Assembly (NCBI GenBank): GCA_000934665.2
Contig: KZ538440.1
Coordinates: 50,112-70,111, forward strand
DNA length: 20,000 bases
DNA from: Catajapyx aquilonaris
Taxonomy: Eukaryota
Direction: 5' to 3'
This document shows positions 1 through 10,652 of this stretch, piece by piece. The notes beneath the pieces were generated by a model. That model ran no database searches, was not told the origin of the DNA, and saw nothing but the letters and a program-made list of their open reading frames with translations. The first letter of the stretch is position 1. Each line of letters starts with the position of its first letter. The translations under genes and the position numbers were made by a program.

Positions 1-189
1 GTTCAAGCTTCGAACTGTCTTTGCAAAGAATTGCTTTAAAATAATTGCCTTTCAAGTCACTTTCCATACACATGAGTGAAAGCCAGTTCAAAGGATCCCA
101 AGTTAATATTTTAAAATAAAGCTACAAAAAAAAACTAATCAGGCGATATCAGTTATAAAAAAAACGACTCGCGAATTTGGAACACCCTG
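1..189. mobile_element. One end of a Tc1/mariner-type non-autonomous element (runs off the left edge)
   Basis: Ends TTGGAACACCCTG|TA, the reverse complement of a CAGGGTG-type mariner TIR followed by TA. A related end occurs at 428-504. Confidence 0.55.
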
Positions 190-280
190 TATATACTTAT
201 TTATTGACAGCACAACACGCATAATATTAGCATGCACCTCGGGCCAACTGCCCAGCGTGCCCATGGATTAAGTCTATGCC

Positions 281-425
281 CCGTGGGGACAAGTAGACTG
301 CTGCTTTCACCAGCTCTCCCTCGCGCTCAACACGACTTTAGTAGTAGAGAGGAACGGTAGAGCGGGCTGTATCGCTCGTCCTGGTAGAGTGCGAGCAGCC
401 TTGGCCAGTATAATCGTCCCCAGGG
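281..425. mobile_element. Small MITE-like element with an imperfect 15-bp TIR
   Basis: CCGTGGGGACAAGTA at 281 versus the reverse complement of the right end CCCTGGGGACGATTA (12/15). CpG-rich interior; no TSD seen. Confidence 0.35.
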
Positions 426-427
426 TG

Positions 428-504
428 AGAAAAGCTACAAAAAGTAAGAGCGTTGAGCAATCTCCTATATTAACTAAACTGACCTGCAAACTTGGAACAC
501 CCTG
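428..504. mobile_element. Second Tc1/mariner-type terminal fragment, same family and orientation as 1-189
   Basis: Shares AAAGCTACAAAAA and TTGGAACACCCTGTATATA with 118-195. Confidence 0.5.
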
Positions 505-536
505 TATATAATGGACATACAGAAAGTATCCACTAA

Positions 537-2582
537 CAAGGGAACGGTACTTGCTGTAAGTTGAGTTGCCCTATGACACTTGGCATAGGGCAAGAAACCA
601 CATGGTTGATGCGAAAAGTGAAGTCTGTTGCGGCTGACATACAAGAGTTTACGAGATAATGGCTTTTAAAGTTTCCTATAGCAGCTGAGGTGGTGGTGGT
701 ATTTCTCAGGATAACTAGTTATGGTATAGAAAATAGCATATCTATCATCTATTTATTTACAGTTTTTACAACCTTTATGATAAGCAATTGTGAACATTAA
801 TGATATCATGCTCGAAGCAATAATAATTTGATTCTAGATACAATATTGTTCCGTGCTTTGAACTTGATCACCCATGATGGTGATGCTTTGAAAAATGTGT
901 TTGGATTAACAGCTCTTTTGTGTTCCAAGGCAACTGCAGTAATCTAATGTCATGAATGGTGGCATATGAGGGCCTACAAGTCTCTTAAAATCTGCCAAAG
1001 TGCGTCTGTTGATTTCTCGGTGTGCTTCCTGTGCTATTGGCTATTCCAAACGGACCTACCCGCCGACGTAAGGCATATCGGGTTAGACTGTTCATTTGAT
1101 GTCCTTTCAACTGTTTAAAACGATTGGCAACTGAAGTCCATGATTGACGATCCCCCTTTTCAAATCTTGTGCCATCATATGTGGAGTGACCAATCAAAAC
1201 GCAACAAACGCCAAAATTTTCAAAATCGAGTTATAGGTGGTAGCACGTCCTTGAGGCTCGGGTCTACGTGTGTGTTAGATTGTGGCACTATTTCTAAATG
1301 CAATATCTACCGTGTTATAAGGGCTGGAAAATGGAGTGTTGCTTCAAAACGCAACATGTGCCCCATACCGGCTACTTCATAACGCAACATGTGCCAAGCA
1401 GCCAATGAGAGAGTGCGATGCACAACTGTTACAAATGGCTGCCGATATCTTACCAACCCCATAGAGTAAGCTAACCAACCCACACAGTACTACAGTAGTA
1501 CGTATGTTGTTCTCATCGACTCGCTCTGACCCCGAAGGGTGTATAAGTAATAAATTTTTTTTAAAATAGCTAATAATGTTCTCATGATTAGCATTGTGTT
1601 TAGATAATAATTAGTGTCAAGGATATGGTCAAGGATATGGTATCATGGTTCCTGCTGATAGAAGAAACTAAGAATTTATCACAGTTTAATAATACGGCCA
1701 ATGATAATAATAAATCAAAAAGCAACATCTGACACATGTGCCCATTCAAAATGCAATAAGTCAAATTATGATTAATTTTTTTCTCGTGACTAGACAATTC
1801 CTGATTTCATTAACATACACCATTAACCACCTCTGCATATGGGCATAATGTACTGCACATTTTGTTTCTTGGTCACATTCCATTTGGGAGCTATCGGTTT
1901 TTGTTGAATATCTCGAAATGGCTTTGTTGGCGTTTGTTGCGTTTTGATTGGTCACTCCACATATGTCCAGTATAGCCACGCCTTTTTGAGATACGCATCT
2001 GTCAATGCTGGGTTGGCAGAGGTTGGTTTTCTTGCGGTTCTTCACTAGAGTCATCAGAATCCCGAAAATCATCCGGCTCATCTTCTTCATGAATATATAA
2101 AAGATATTCTATATTCATGAAGAAGATGAACTGGATGATTTTCGGGATTCTGACGACTCTAGTGAAGAACCGCAAGAAGAACCACCTGCCACAAAACCAA
2201 CCTCTGCCAGCCCAGCATTGACTATGCGTATCTCGAAAAGGCGTGATATCATTGAACCCAAGTGTTCGGATTTCTTCAATGACTTCTTGGTTGTTAAGCG
2301 TATACTTGATTTGGTTGAACATTTCTGTGTATTGCTTATCATAAAGGTTGTAAACACTGTAAATAAATAGATGATAGATATGCTATTTTCTATACCTTAA
2401 CTAGTTATCCTGGGAAATACAACCACCACATCAGCTGCTATAGGAAACTTGAGAAGCCATTATCTCGTAAACTCATGTATGTCAGCCGCAACAGACTTCA
2501 CTTTTCACATCAACCATATCGATTCTTGCCCTATGCCAAGTGTCAAAGGGCTACTCAACTTACAGCAAGTACCGTTCCCTTG
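537..2582. mobile_element. Non-autonomous foldback DNA transposon, about 2.05 kb, with about 250-bp TIRs
   Basis: 537-788 is the reverse complement of 2331-2582 with scattered substitutions (CAAGGGAACGGTACTTGCTGTAAGTTGAG...). TAA flanks both ends (534-536 and 2583-2585) as a candidate 3-bp TSD. No transposase recognised. Confidence 0.85.
1977..2245. repeat. Long hairpin/palindrome inside the foldback element
   Basis: Arms 1977-2097 and 2110-2245 with a 12-nt loop. Few mismatches, one 1-nt indel and a 16-nt segment present only in the right arm. Confidence 0.92.
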
Positions 2583-2662
2583 TAAGTCCAATTCGAACAT
2601 ATTTGAACTATTTACACCACTAATGGCTGGCAGTATGAATGTGAGTTAACATTTACTGTGGA

Positions 2663-2880
2663 ATAGAGTTCGATCCCCGGATCGGACAGAGGATATTTAT
2701 GTGGATAGAGTTTCGATGGGTTCTCTCCGTGTTCGCGTGGTTTTTCTCAGGGTTCTGCCGTTTCCTCCCACTATCAAAATCCATCACAGCAAAGGCCATG
2801 ATTAAAGTTGGTCACTTAAAAAGATGATCCCCTAAAAAGCCCAAGGAGGCTTATCACGAGGTATCCATTATTATATTAAA
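2663..2880 (+). mobile_element. 5'-truncated tRNA-derived SINE with a V-domain-like core
   Basis: 15-bp TSD AACATTTACTGTGGA (2648-2662 and 2881-2895). B-box-like GAGTTCGATCCC. Core TTCTCTCCGTGTTCGCGTGGTTTTTCTCAGGGTTCTGCCGTTTCCTCCCAC resembles the V-SINE conserved domain as I recall it. AT-rich tail. Confidence 0.8.
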
Positions 2881-4043
2881 AACATTTACTGTGGAGTTAG
2901 CTGTTGATTTCATACAGATTAACTGTAGTTAACTTTAACTCATGGTCATACAACTGACCACAAGTAGCAATTTCCTGCTCAATCGTCTGGTGAAATCCAT
3001 TATTTTAGTCCCCGAGATTCATAATGAGCCAGCAAGCCCGGATTTTCTGCCTTCACTAGCACTTATGCAATGGCAAGGTCAAATCTTCGCCTTTAATTAT
3101 CTCGAAGAGTTTTTTTTGGATTGTGAATTTCTCCTGTATACCCACAAGATACTGTGTAATTATGGAGTCTTTAATGATACACTTTTAAAAACTTTCTCTT
3201 TTGATAATGAGTGTAATTATTGGACCTTTTATTGAGCATACTGTACAATCAACCCCAAACATTGTAAACTCTCAAGTTAATTGGTCCCACACACTGTGCA
3301 TTTTGAATGATGGTTGTGGACATGCGCAAATACAGTAGGCTACATCATCATGACCATTTTGCTACGTAGTAGTGAAGGAACTGTTGTCTACTACAGCACA
3401 ACTTTCAAACTGCACAGTGGATGCTGAGCCCAGTACTATTCAAAATGAACCTGACCATTTAGATCAGTGGTTCCCTTTTTTCCCGGCCTCTGCACCCTCA
3501 ACTGCGCCCAAGGTTACGCAACTTATCCCCAGTACCCCCATTCCTGTAACTCATTGTATTGCTCTGTTCAGCACAATTTTGGGACTGATTTTATAATGGC
3601 ACTTCCTTCATGTCATTATATTTCAACTCAGTTATTTCCATTTTATACCCAAGCTTATGGAACCACATGGTTGACCAGTACAAAACCCACAAACATAAAG
3701 TTGGTGTGATTGAAAACCTCAATTATCCTAAGTGGTCAGAAGGCAGAATAGGCCCAAGGAACTTGTACACATTTATTTACAAATTATATCTCTTGAAGGA
3801 TACAACTCTTCATATACAAAGGCGAACTTTAAATGTTAATTCCCTTAATACAATGATATGCATGACATAGGGAGAACACACAATATGGTAACTGATGTGC
3901 AAGCAGTGTTGTCCCATGGGAAAATGTCCCGTTTAGCAAGTATGGAGCCCACCTCATCCAAGGGCAGGCCAAATGCATGAAGACATCTTCACTTTTAGAC
4001 ACCTCTATACTCCGGTTAACATAAAAGTGAACCTTTGCCTGTA

Positions 4044-4203
4044 CAGTGTTGGACATTAATCGCGTCATACTGCTAGTGACATTTTCCAGCGGCAGACGAA
4101 CGAATGTTGCTTGCACGGCTTGCACTATCCATTACTTCGATTTGTTCTTCTGCCGCTTTGGAAAATGTTGCTAGCAGCATCACGCGATTAATGTCCAACA
4201 CTG
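4044..4203. mobile_element. 160-bp palindromic MITE, TA-flanked (Tc1/mariner/pogo-like)
   Basis: TA|CAGTGTTGGACATTAATCGCGT ... ACGCGATTAATGTCCAACACTG|TA; imperfect complementarity extends about 60 bp inward. Confidence 0.88.
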
Positions 4204-5990
4204 TACAAAACAAAAGTGCGAATCTGGAAAGTAATCTATAGTGTAAGTTAGAAATTTAGATTTGGCCTGTACCCTCCAGTTGGCCAACTGCTATGATTTT
4301 TACGTTGTGATTACTGCAGCCTGTGAGGTGGTGCTTTGTGGAATACACCTTCATATATTGTAGGCTCCCCTCAAGATGGATCTTTACAACTCATTTTCAT
4401 CCAAAAAATTTTGATGAAAAATATTTTTAAATGACATAAGGCATGAGGAAAAGGAGTACAGAATTCCATAGGTTGGCTGCTCTGCAACCATCTGACCCAA
4501 AATTTGGTCCCCCTTATCTCTGCCATCCTTGACTAAACAGTGATGCTGCATGTAATTTTACTGCTGAATTATCACGCCCAAGCCCATACAGCTGCACCAT
4601 TTCTTCACCACTACTATACAGTCCTTGCGTTGTGCGGACTTGGTAGGGACCGGCAGGGCAGGCCTTGTAGGTGGCCATAATGCCATTATTTTGCCGGTAG
4701 CCGCCATGTTGGGTCTACTTTCGGACCGCCGCACCTCCCCCCTTGGGCGTATGGATATCCATAAATATTCACACTTACGGTAATCGGAGTATAGTTGTAG
4801 TAATCCATGTTTGAAATTATTGGGCACTGAACGTGTGTGTGCCAGTGGACTTTTCTCTTTACTTTCAACTTTGAGTGCTTATGAAGGTAAAAATTAACAC
4901 ATTGCTGAGATGTACAATCTACTCATACCATAACAGTTTGGAGAGGTGTACAACAATCAATTTTGCTCCTGCCACAATAATTTTCAGTGGTGGTTGTTGC
5001 TAGTTTGCATCATCCCTGAAAACGTAACACAGTTTTTTTCCTATCTGTTAATCTAGTTGTCAAATCCATGTTTGGAAACCATAATTTGGCAATTTTCTCA
5101 CATTACCTATGACTTTGGAAAGCACTGAAACACTGCAACAACTTTCAATGTAATTCTTATGGCAAGTGCAGATGGCAAGTTTTGAAGTTGCATTTGCTCA
5201 GCAAAGGTTAAGTTTTTTAATTGACATATGCTGACCCATAGTTGTGTATGATAATACTCCATTTAAGGGATTTTCACACTCTATAGTGTTGTGCAATCAT
5301 GTATTTCATTGATGCAATGTTTTAGTAAGCAAATGATACTCACATTCCGGCACGATAAAGATTTGCTGCAAAATTTGCAGTTACAGGAGTGATTAGTGCT
5401 TGGTTGACCATATAAAACTTTAAAAAATTGCTACATCATGATTTCCAAACCTGAATGTTGCAACTCAAGTAGCGGACAAGAACAAGCTGAATGATGCAAA
5501 AAGTAATGACAGAAACAATCTCCACTGAAAATTATCTCTTATCTCTTGATAAAATTTATACTTTTGCACCCTCTTAACAAATCAAACTACAACATTACGT
5601 AGCTATTAAAATATTTCGCACAGCACAAATCTTTGACGATGAAAATGTTCTTAATGCATAACATCTTGCACATATCAAATGCATTTCCTGTGTAGACAAT
5701 TTTGCAGAAATTAGTGTGTAGAGGGGCACAAAAAGTTCCACAGCTACTTGTTGACACTAGGAAAAGGTGCCTTGAAAAACATTGCTCACCTTCTCATAAA
5801 TCAGCAGCATGCTTAAAACATTCCTGGATTCCAGTACAAAATGTGAATAACTCTGATAATTTAATGAACCAAATCTATTGCCACACCTACAGCAACGACT
5901 GCTGTGAAAAGATGCTATTCCCATTTATGCTGCTTCCTCCAAGGCTGACTATGGGACATTTCTCACACCATGTAAACCATTAGAGCCCAT

Positions 5991-6127
5991 TTAGTTACTA
6001 CGCATTTCTGATGGTTTCACCTCGGGTTCTGGACTGATGTGTGATTCAGACAGGGTATTCAATTCATTTTCACAACCATCCACCATCATAGGTTCTTCCT
6101 TGGCCTCTGCACTTTCATTCAGGGCTG
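5991..6127 (-). CDS. lnpk: Lunapark terminal coding exon
   Basis: gaattttag|CA GCC CTG ... CGT AGT AAC TAA (stop at 5991-5993); phase 1. AALNESAEAKEEPMMVDGCENELNTLSESHISPEPEVKPSEMRSN*. The seven exons total 1203 nt = 401 codons. Confidence 0.8.
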
Positions 6128-6903
6128 CTAAAATTCAACAGAAATAAAAGCATCAGATAAAACGAAACAATTTTCATTAAATTTAATTATTTCAGCATAT
6201 ATTAAGAATTTTCTTACCCTGGTCGGGCATTCAATACTCAAGTGAAGTCAGACAAAGGTCAGAAAATTCTGATTACATTAGGGAGTTGAGGATTGTAGAC
6301 AAAAAGAAGACACCTTACCCGGGACAATCAGGTAGTTTTTGCATCCCTGACAACATGGTGTAAAGATTTTAAACTATCAAGGATGCAATCACACTAAATT
6401 GGTCTGTTCAGTTCAGTTCAGTTCAGTGAACACAAAGACACTGTGACCAAAAAAATATCAAGAGGAAAAGCATAAATAAAAGCATTTATAATAAAAAGTC
6501 ATTTTTACTAAACTTTTTACTGTTAATGTATCTCCATGTCTTCCAGGATCGATTTTGCAGTGGTTCACAATAATTTTTATTGGAAGTTTTTCCATTTGTT
6601 GTTTGAATAGTGAAAACTTCGGCTCGAAATTGCAATTTTTTCCCATTTGAAATCACCACTGAAGGTGCTAGGAACCTGGCAGAATTTTAATTTAATTATT
6701 CTGGCAATGGCAAATGATGGCCACTTTTTTGATTTGTATATTTCTCACTAAAAGTAACATTTAATAAAATCAATCTCATTGCACAATGTGACATTACTAT
6801 AAATTAGGTAATACAATGTGGAATCATGCATACACACATTAAATTGTATTAAAATTTATGTTAGTGAAGGGCAAAGGATATAGGCCCTGACTTACAAACT
6901 TAC

Positions 6904-7056
6904 CAGTAGCTTCAGCTCGTTCACTTGATGCAGCTTGAGTATCTGATGATTCCTCAAGACCATCAGGACCTTCTTTGTCTCTCTCCTCTACTGATGCCAG
7001 TGGAACAGATGCAGAAGTTGACTGAGACCCTGATGCTTCACTGCCAGTTCCCGACT
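6904..7056 (-). CDS. lnpk: Lunapark exon (acidic, Ser-rich tail)
   Basis: gccttcag|AG TCG GGA ... ACT G|gtaagt; 153 nt, phase 1 to 1. ESGTGSEASGSQSTSASVPLASVEERDKEGPDGLEESSDTQAASSERAEAT. Supported by splice sites, phase and composition rather than by recognised conservation. Confidence 0.82.
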
Positions 7057-7209
7057 CTGAAGGCATTAAACAATAATTATTAATATTTCAGGTTTGACAT
7101 AATTAGCCTTGGATATAAAATCCATCCAAGAGGTATAGGCACCCAGTTTTTGATGTCTTTAAAAATAATCAATATCATCATCAGGCTGCAGAAAATGGCC
7201 TATGAAATC

Positions 7210-7460
7210 TCGGATGCACGGGAAAAAGAGCATAAGTCAGAAAATGTGCAAATTGAGTTATGTGTCCTGTTATGCCAGTATGGGCCCAAGGAATCCCTCT
7301 TGGTTCTGCCAGAAGGCTGCATGTCAAGCCCTAAAACCAGGCTAGGAAAAAAATGTGCAAGCAAGGGTATATCATCTTCACAAGAAGTCCAGTATTTAAG
7401 ATAATCTGCTCTCCTGAAATATTAACGTTTTTGACTATGCTCTTTTTCCCGCACATCCGA
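7210..7460. repeat. Degenerate inverted repeat pair (probable old MITE)
   Basis: TCGGATGCACGGGAAAAAGAGCATAAGTCA (7210-7239) versus the reverse complement of 7432-7460 (TCGGATGTGCGGGAAAAAGAGCATAGTCA). No TSD identified. Confidence 0.5.
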
Positions 7461-8419
7461 CAAATGTCAGCTAATAAGTCAAATGAATACAAATCCATGC
7501 TGGATCGTGTTTTAGTTATTAGCTTTGTTTCAACCTGCCTTGCTCTCCCTTATAATTTGTGATCGTTTGTTGTTAATTTTCTTTGCAGTAATCACCAATT
7601 GCCTGCCCTTCAAAATATTTTAAAGCTTGTTCTCCAAACACCTAGTCCTTATGAATCATTCCTCGATCATTTTCTCGATGTGCCAAGGAGGCATGAAGGG
7701 CTTATGTCAAGTATTCGCTGAATCAATTAGGAAACAGTACCTTTGGGAGATTTTGAGGTGATTATAGGCTGGAATAACCCTTTGTGTTGGTGATGCTGTA
7801 TGGCTTTTTGCTACCACAACAGTACTGTCCATTGCTGTGGCCCTGCCAGGCACGGTACGTCGCCCGTGAGTGATATTTTTAGTTTTTGCGGAGCAGGGCG
7901 CTTATTGTGGGTTTGTATACGCCTACAATGGGGTCCTCATTGTGCGCCTCAGGCCAACGAACGTTACTGTGGCTTTGCCAAGCGCAAAGTTTACCTTCAC
8001 ACAGTCCGTTAAATCAACGAACGACATGACATCACGATCTGCCTACTTCCACCAGGCTCTCCCCTCCAATAATGTCCACGACTCACTCTGCAGACATACT
8101 ACTGCACATGCTCAGAAAACACGGCTGATGTTCCATCATGTCGTTCTTTGGGTTAACGAACTGCATTAACCCTCATGGCGTTCAAATTTGCCACCTCCTT
8201 CATTATGACCATGGTCCCAGCACTCATCTGATCGGTTCACATGGCAGAGGTGAGAAGACGCCGTTTGTTGTGCTCTCCCAGCAACCGATTGTTTGCGCCG
8301 CGTAGCCAACATGTTTGGAGCCCACCCCGTCGCCCCAATCCCGCCGCGTCGCTAGGTGAGGATAAAAGGTAGACTTTCCCTGAAATGAGGGTGAGTCTTA
8401 TATGTCATCAAATACGCTA

Positions 8420-9097
8420 ATTCAAGAGATTGCCTTGAGATTTCTGCAGCTTCATGAACTGGATGAAAGATTTGCCTTCCTTACTCCATCACGACTTTTG
8501 GATGCTGGATATGATTGTGATTTAGAATATGCTCTTAATGACATTGACAAGGAAGAGTTCGAAATTGAAAGGAAAACCTTTATAGTTTCATTGCTGTTTC
8601 AAAGGAACAAGTTGGGATAATAATGAATGAAGGTCCCCTTGAACCCCTGAACTTCATTCAACAGCTCAGTCTAGGACTCGAGGTATATCAGTGCCAAATA
8701 ATAATGTCATAATGTTGCAGATTTTTTTAACAGTCGGAGTTAGTGTTGCCAGCTGTAAGAAGAGCTTTTTGAATCTTAAATGAATTAAAAGTTATCTATG
8801 TTCCACTATGAGCACTTGGAGGTTGGGTAATTTGACTATATTGTCAAATCAAGAATTGACTAATCAAATTGATTCTGACAGTGTGATTATGATTTTGCTG
8901 CCCAAAAAGCAAGGAAAATAAAATTGTCCTGGCGATGAATATATGAAATAAACATATGACCTTTACTTTGACCTTTTTCCAAGAGTAGCATTTTGATCTT
9001 AAGATTTTTGCCTGCAATTAATAACATTAAATGGTAATTGTAGGGGCGGCAAATTTTAGATCCGCCTCGGGCACTCCTAACCCTCACTACGCCCCTG
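8420..9097 (+). pseudogene. Decayed 3' part of a hAT transposon (hATC dimerisation domain, ZMYM1-like/Tip100 type) with its right TIR
   Basis: Frame from 8703 reads NVIMLQIFLTVGVSVASCKKSFLNLK*IKSYLCSTMSTWRLGNLTILS...IDSDSVI, then after a frameshift DFAAQKARK. This matches the hAT consensus (T..VSVASCERSFSKLKLIK.YLRSTM...RL..LA.LS). Ends in CTACGCCCCTG, the reverse complement of a CAGGGGCGTAG TIR. The left end was not found. Confidence 0.88.
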
Positions 9098-9107
9098 GTT
9101 CCAAGTA

Positions 9108-9628
9108 CATGCAAAATTCTATAAGTCGAACTTCCCTAAGTCGAAGTTCTCTGTAAGTCGACGAAAATGATGAACTTGGTTGGTCACAATGTAAAATAAT
9201 AGGAAATAAACTTCCCTAACTCGAAGTTCTCCATAACTCGAAGTGCTGGCAGGGCCTTACAATGGGATATCAATGCATTTTCAGTCTCCCTAAGTCGAAG
9301 TTCATGTTGGTGAGTACGAAAAATTTTCTCATTTCCTGATATCCGTCTACCAGCCATACCGAACGAAGTGCTTGACTCGATTGTGACAATTGAATCCTTG
9401 AATCTAAGAGTCGGCAAATGTCCATAATAGAGATTTTTTTACACCAAAACAACGAGGAACATAAGTTTGATAGTGACAGTTAGTTTTAAGTTTTGAACAC
9501 CTTTCGTCGCTGGATATAAAGGTAGGCTTCCTTATTATATAGAGTTCTGCGCTGTAAAAAATCCAAACTTCTCTAACTTGAATTTTTTTCCCGGTCCCAT
9601 GGAGATTCAACTTATAGAAGTTTCACTG
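9108..9628. mobile_element. Tigger/pogo-like MITE (521 bp) with repeated subterminal motifs
   Basis: TA|CATGCAAAATTCTATAAGTCGAA ... TTCAACTTATAGAAGTTTCACTG|TA. Recurring CTTCCCTAAGTCGAAGTTC-like units near 9121-9160, 9209-9243, 9286-9303 and 9566-9582. Confidence 0.78.
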
Positions 9629-9897
9629 TACATTAGTTCTTTTATAGGAAATTTCGCTCATAGCTGGGTTTTTTTTTGTACCTTGCGCCCCTAACCAGGT
9701 GCCCTGATCTATAGAAACTGCTAGATTTGACCACCTGAGTGTAATGGGGTACCTGCATTGGGCCACAACCAGCTACATAATAATAACAAATAACAACGTT
9801 GGTCAATATTAGCGAAAACTAAAAACGACCCGCAAACTTGGAAAACGATGAATATTTTTAAATGAGCCATTACTAATGATATAGAATCAAGTCTGAC

Positions 9898-10029
9898 CTT
9901 CAGTGTCCTCCTCTGAAGATGAACTTAGATTTCCATCTCTACCACCCCTACCTCCAGTCGGCAAACGTGGAGCGTGTGGGCGTTGCTTCCGTGCCGGATT
10001 CCAATTGTGGCAGTAGCAACATCGAAACG
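9898..10029 (-). CDS. lnpk: Lunapark exon (second half of the zinc finger, NPARK motif)
   Basis: atttgttag|CG TTT CGA TGT TGC TAC TGC ... GAA G|gtcaga; 132 nt, phase 1 to 1, after a 115-nt intron. AFRCCYCHNWNPARKQRPHAPRLPTGGRGGRDGNLSSSSEEDTE. Confidence 0.96.
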
Positions 10030-10144
10030 CTAACAAATGTGAACATAAAAGGTCACTTTGTAAGTCACCAATATGTTGACACTGTACCCATGCAATATTG
10101 ACATCTCCAAGTTTGAAAAGTGAGATGTTGCATGCAAACTGTAC

Positions 10145-10318
10145 CTAAATACTCAAATTCTTCCTTGAGTGCCATTCCATTGTGAGATTCACAATGCTGA
10201 CAAATCAAGGCATAGCGGTTGTTGGGACCATCGCCAACCAAGTATTCAATCATCTTGTCTGTCATACTTCGCTCACGAGGCAGAATTGGGCGGGGCATGG
10301 GGGGGCCTGGAGTTCGCA
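10145..10318 (-). CDS. lnpk: Lunapark exon (first half of the zinc finger)
   Basis: attttgcag|TG CGA ... TTA G|gtacag; 174 nt, phase 1 to 1. RTPGPPMPRPILPRERSMTDKMIEYLVGDGPNNRYALICQHCESHNGMALKEEFEYL is the highly conserved lunapark core. Confidence 0.97.
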
Positions 10319-10652
10319 CTGCAAAATAAGAACATACTGCTTACATCTCTGGTACTGGTAAGGTCGTAAGTTCATAAAGTCAGTTGTCCTGAAAGGCTCC
10401 AAAAATGCCTAAAAATAAACAAAACCTGCAAGGTGCAGCACCAAATTTAATAAGGGAAACTGAAAATCATTTTTGAGGTTCCCTACTAGAGAGATTGGCA
10501 TGATATTGTTACTACATAGTATGGGGATGTACTAGAAGGTAGGCACCTCAATATTGCATTTTCATGATATTGGCAGGTGTAAGACAAGCTCCTCATTGTG
10601 CTGATCCAGTTGTAACCCAATATACCAGGTGGCCTGCATCAATGGGTAAATA

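Noticed and set aside
1761..2357. Overlapping minus-strand ORFs of 80-109 aa as real genes
   Set aside because: They arise within the hairpin of a repeat element, with no recognisable domain or splice structure.
3243..3594. Possible old Tc1-like MITE (TACAATCAACCCCAAACATTGT versus reverse complement TAAAATCAGTCCCAAAATTGT)
   Set aside because: The match is short and degenerate and I could not extend it, so it is not supportable without a consensus.
4614..4794. GC-rich patch bounded by CTATAC...GTATAG
   Set aside because: The inverted match is only about 6 bp. Probably a repeat fragment but unclassifiable, and its ORFs have no recognisable homology.
3700..5990. Lunapark 3' UTR end and polyadenylation site
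   Set aside because: Candidate minus-strand signals exist (ATTAAA near 5860 and 5216, AATAAA near 3772), but none can be chosen without transcript data.
6406..6426. (GTTCA)4 short tandem repeat
   Set aside because: Trivial microsatellite with no further structure.
8402..8620. 72-aa ORF as an intact gene
   Set aside because: It is part of the frameshifted hAT relic, and its ATG appears to come from the adjacent element end.
9121..9303. Repeated ~20-bp units (CTTCCCTAAGTCGAAGTTC) resembling a CRISPR array
   Set aside because: Spacing is irregular, some units are in tandem, they lie inside a TA-flanked TIR element in a eukaryotic intron, and there are no cas genes. They are pogo/Tigger-type subterminal repeats.
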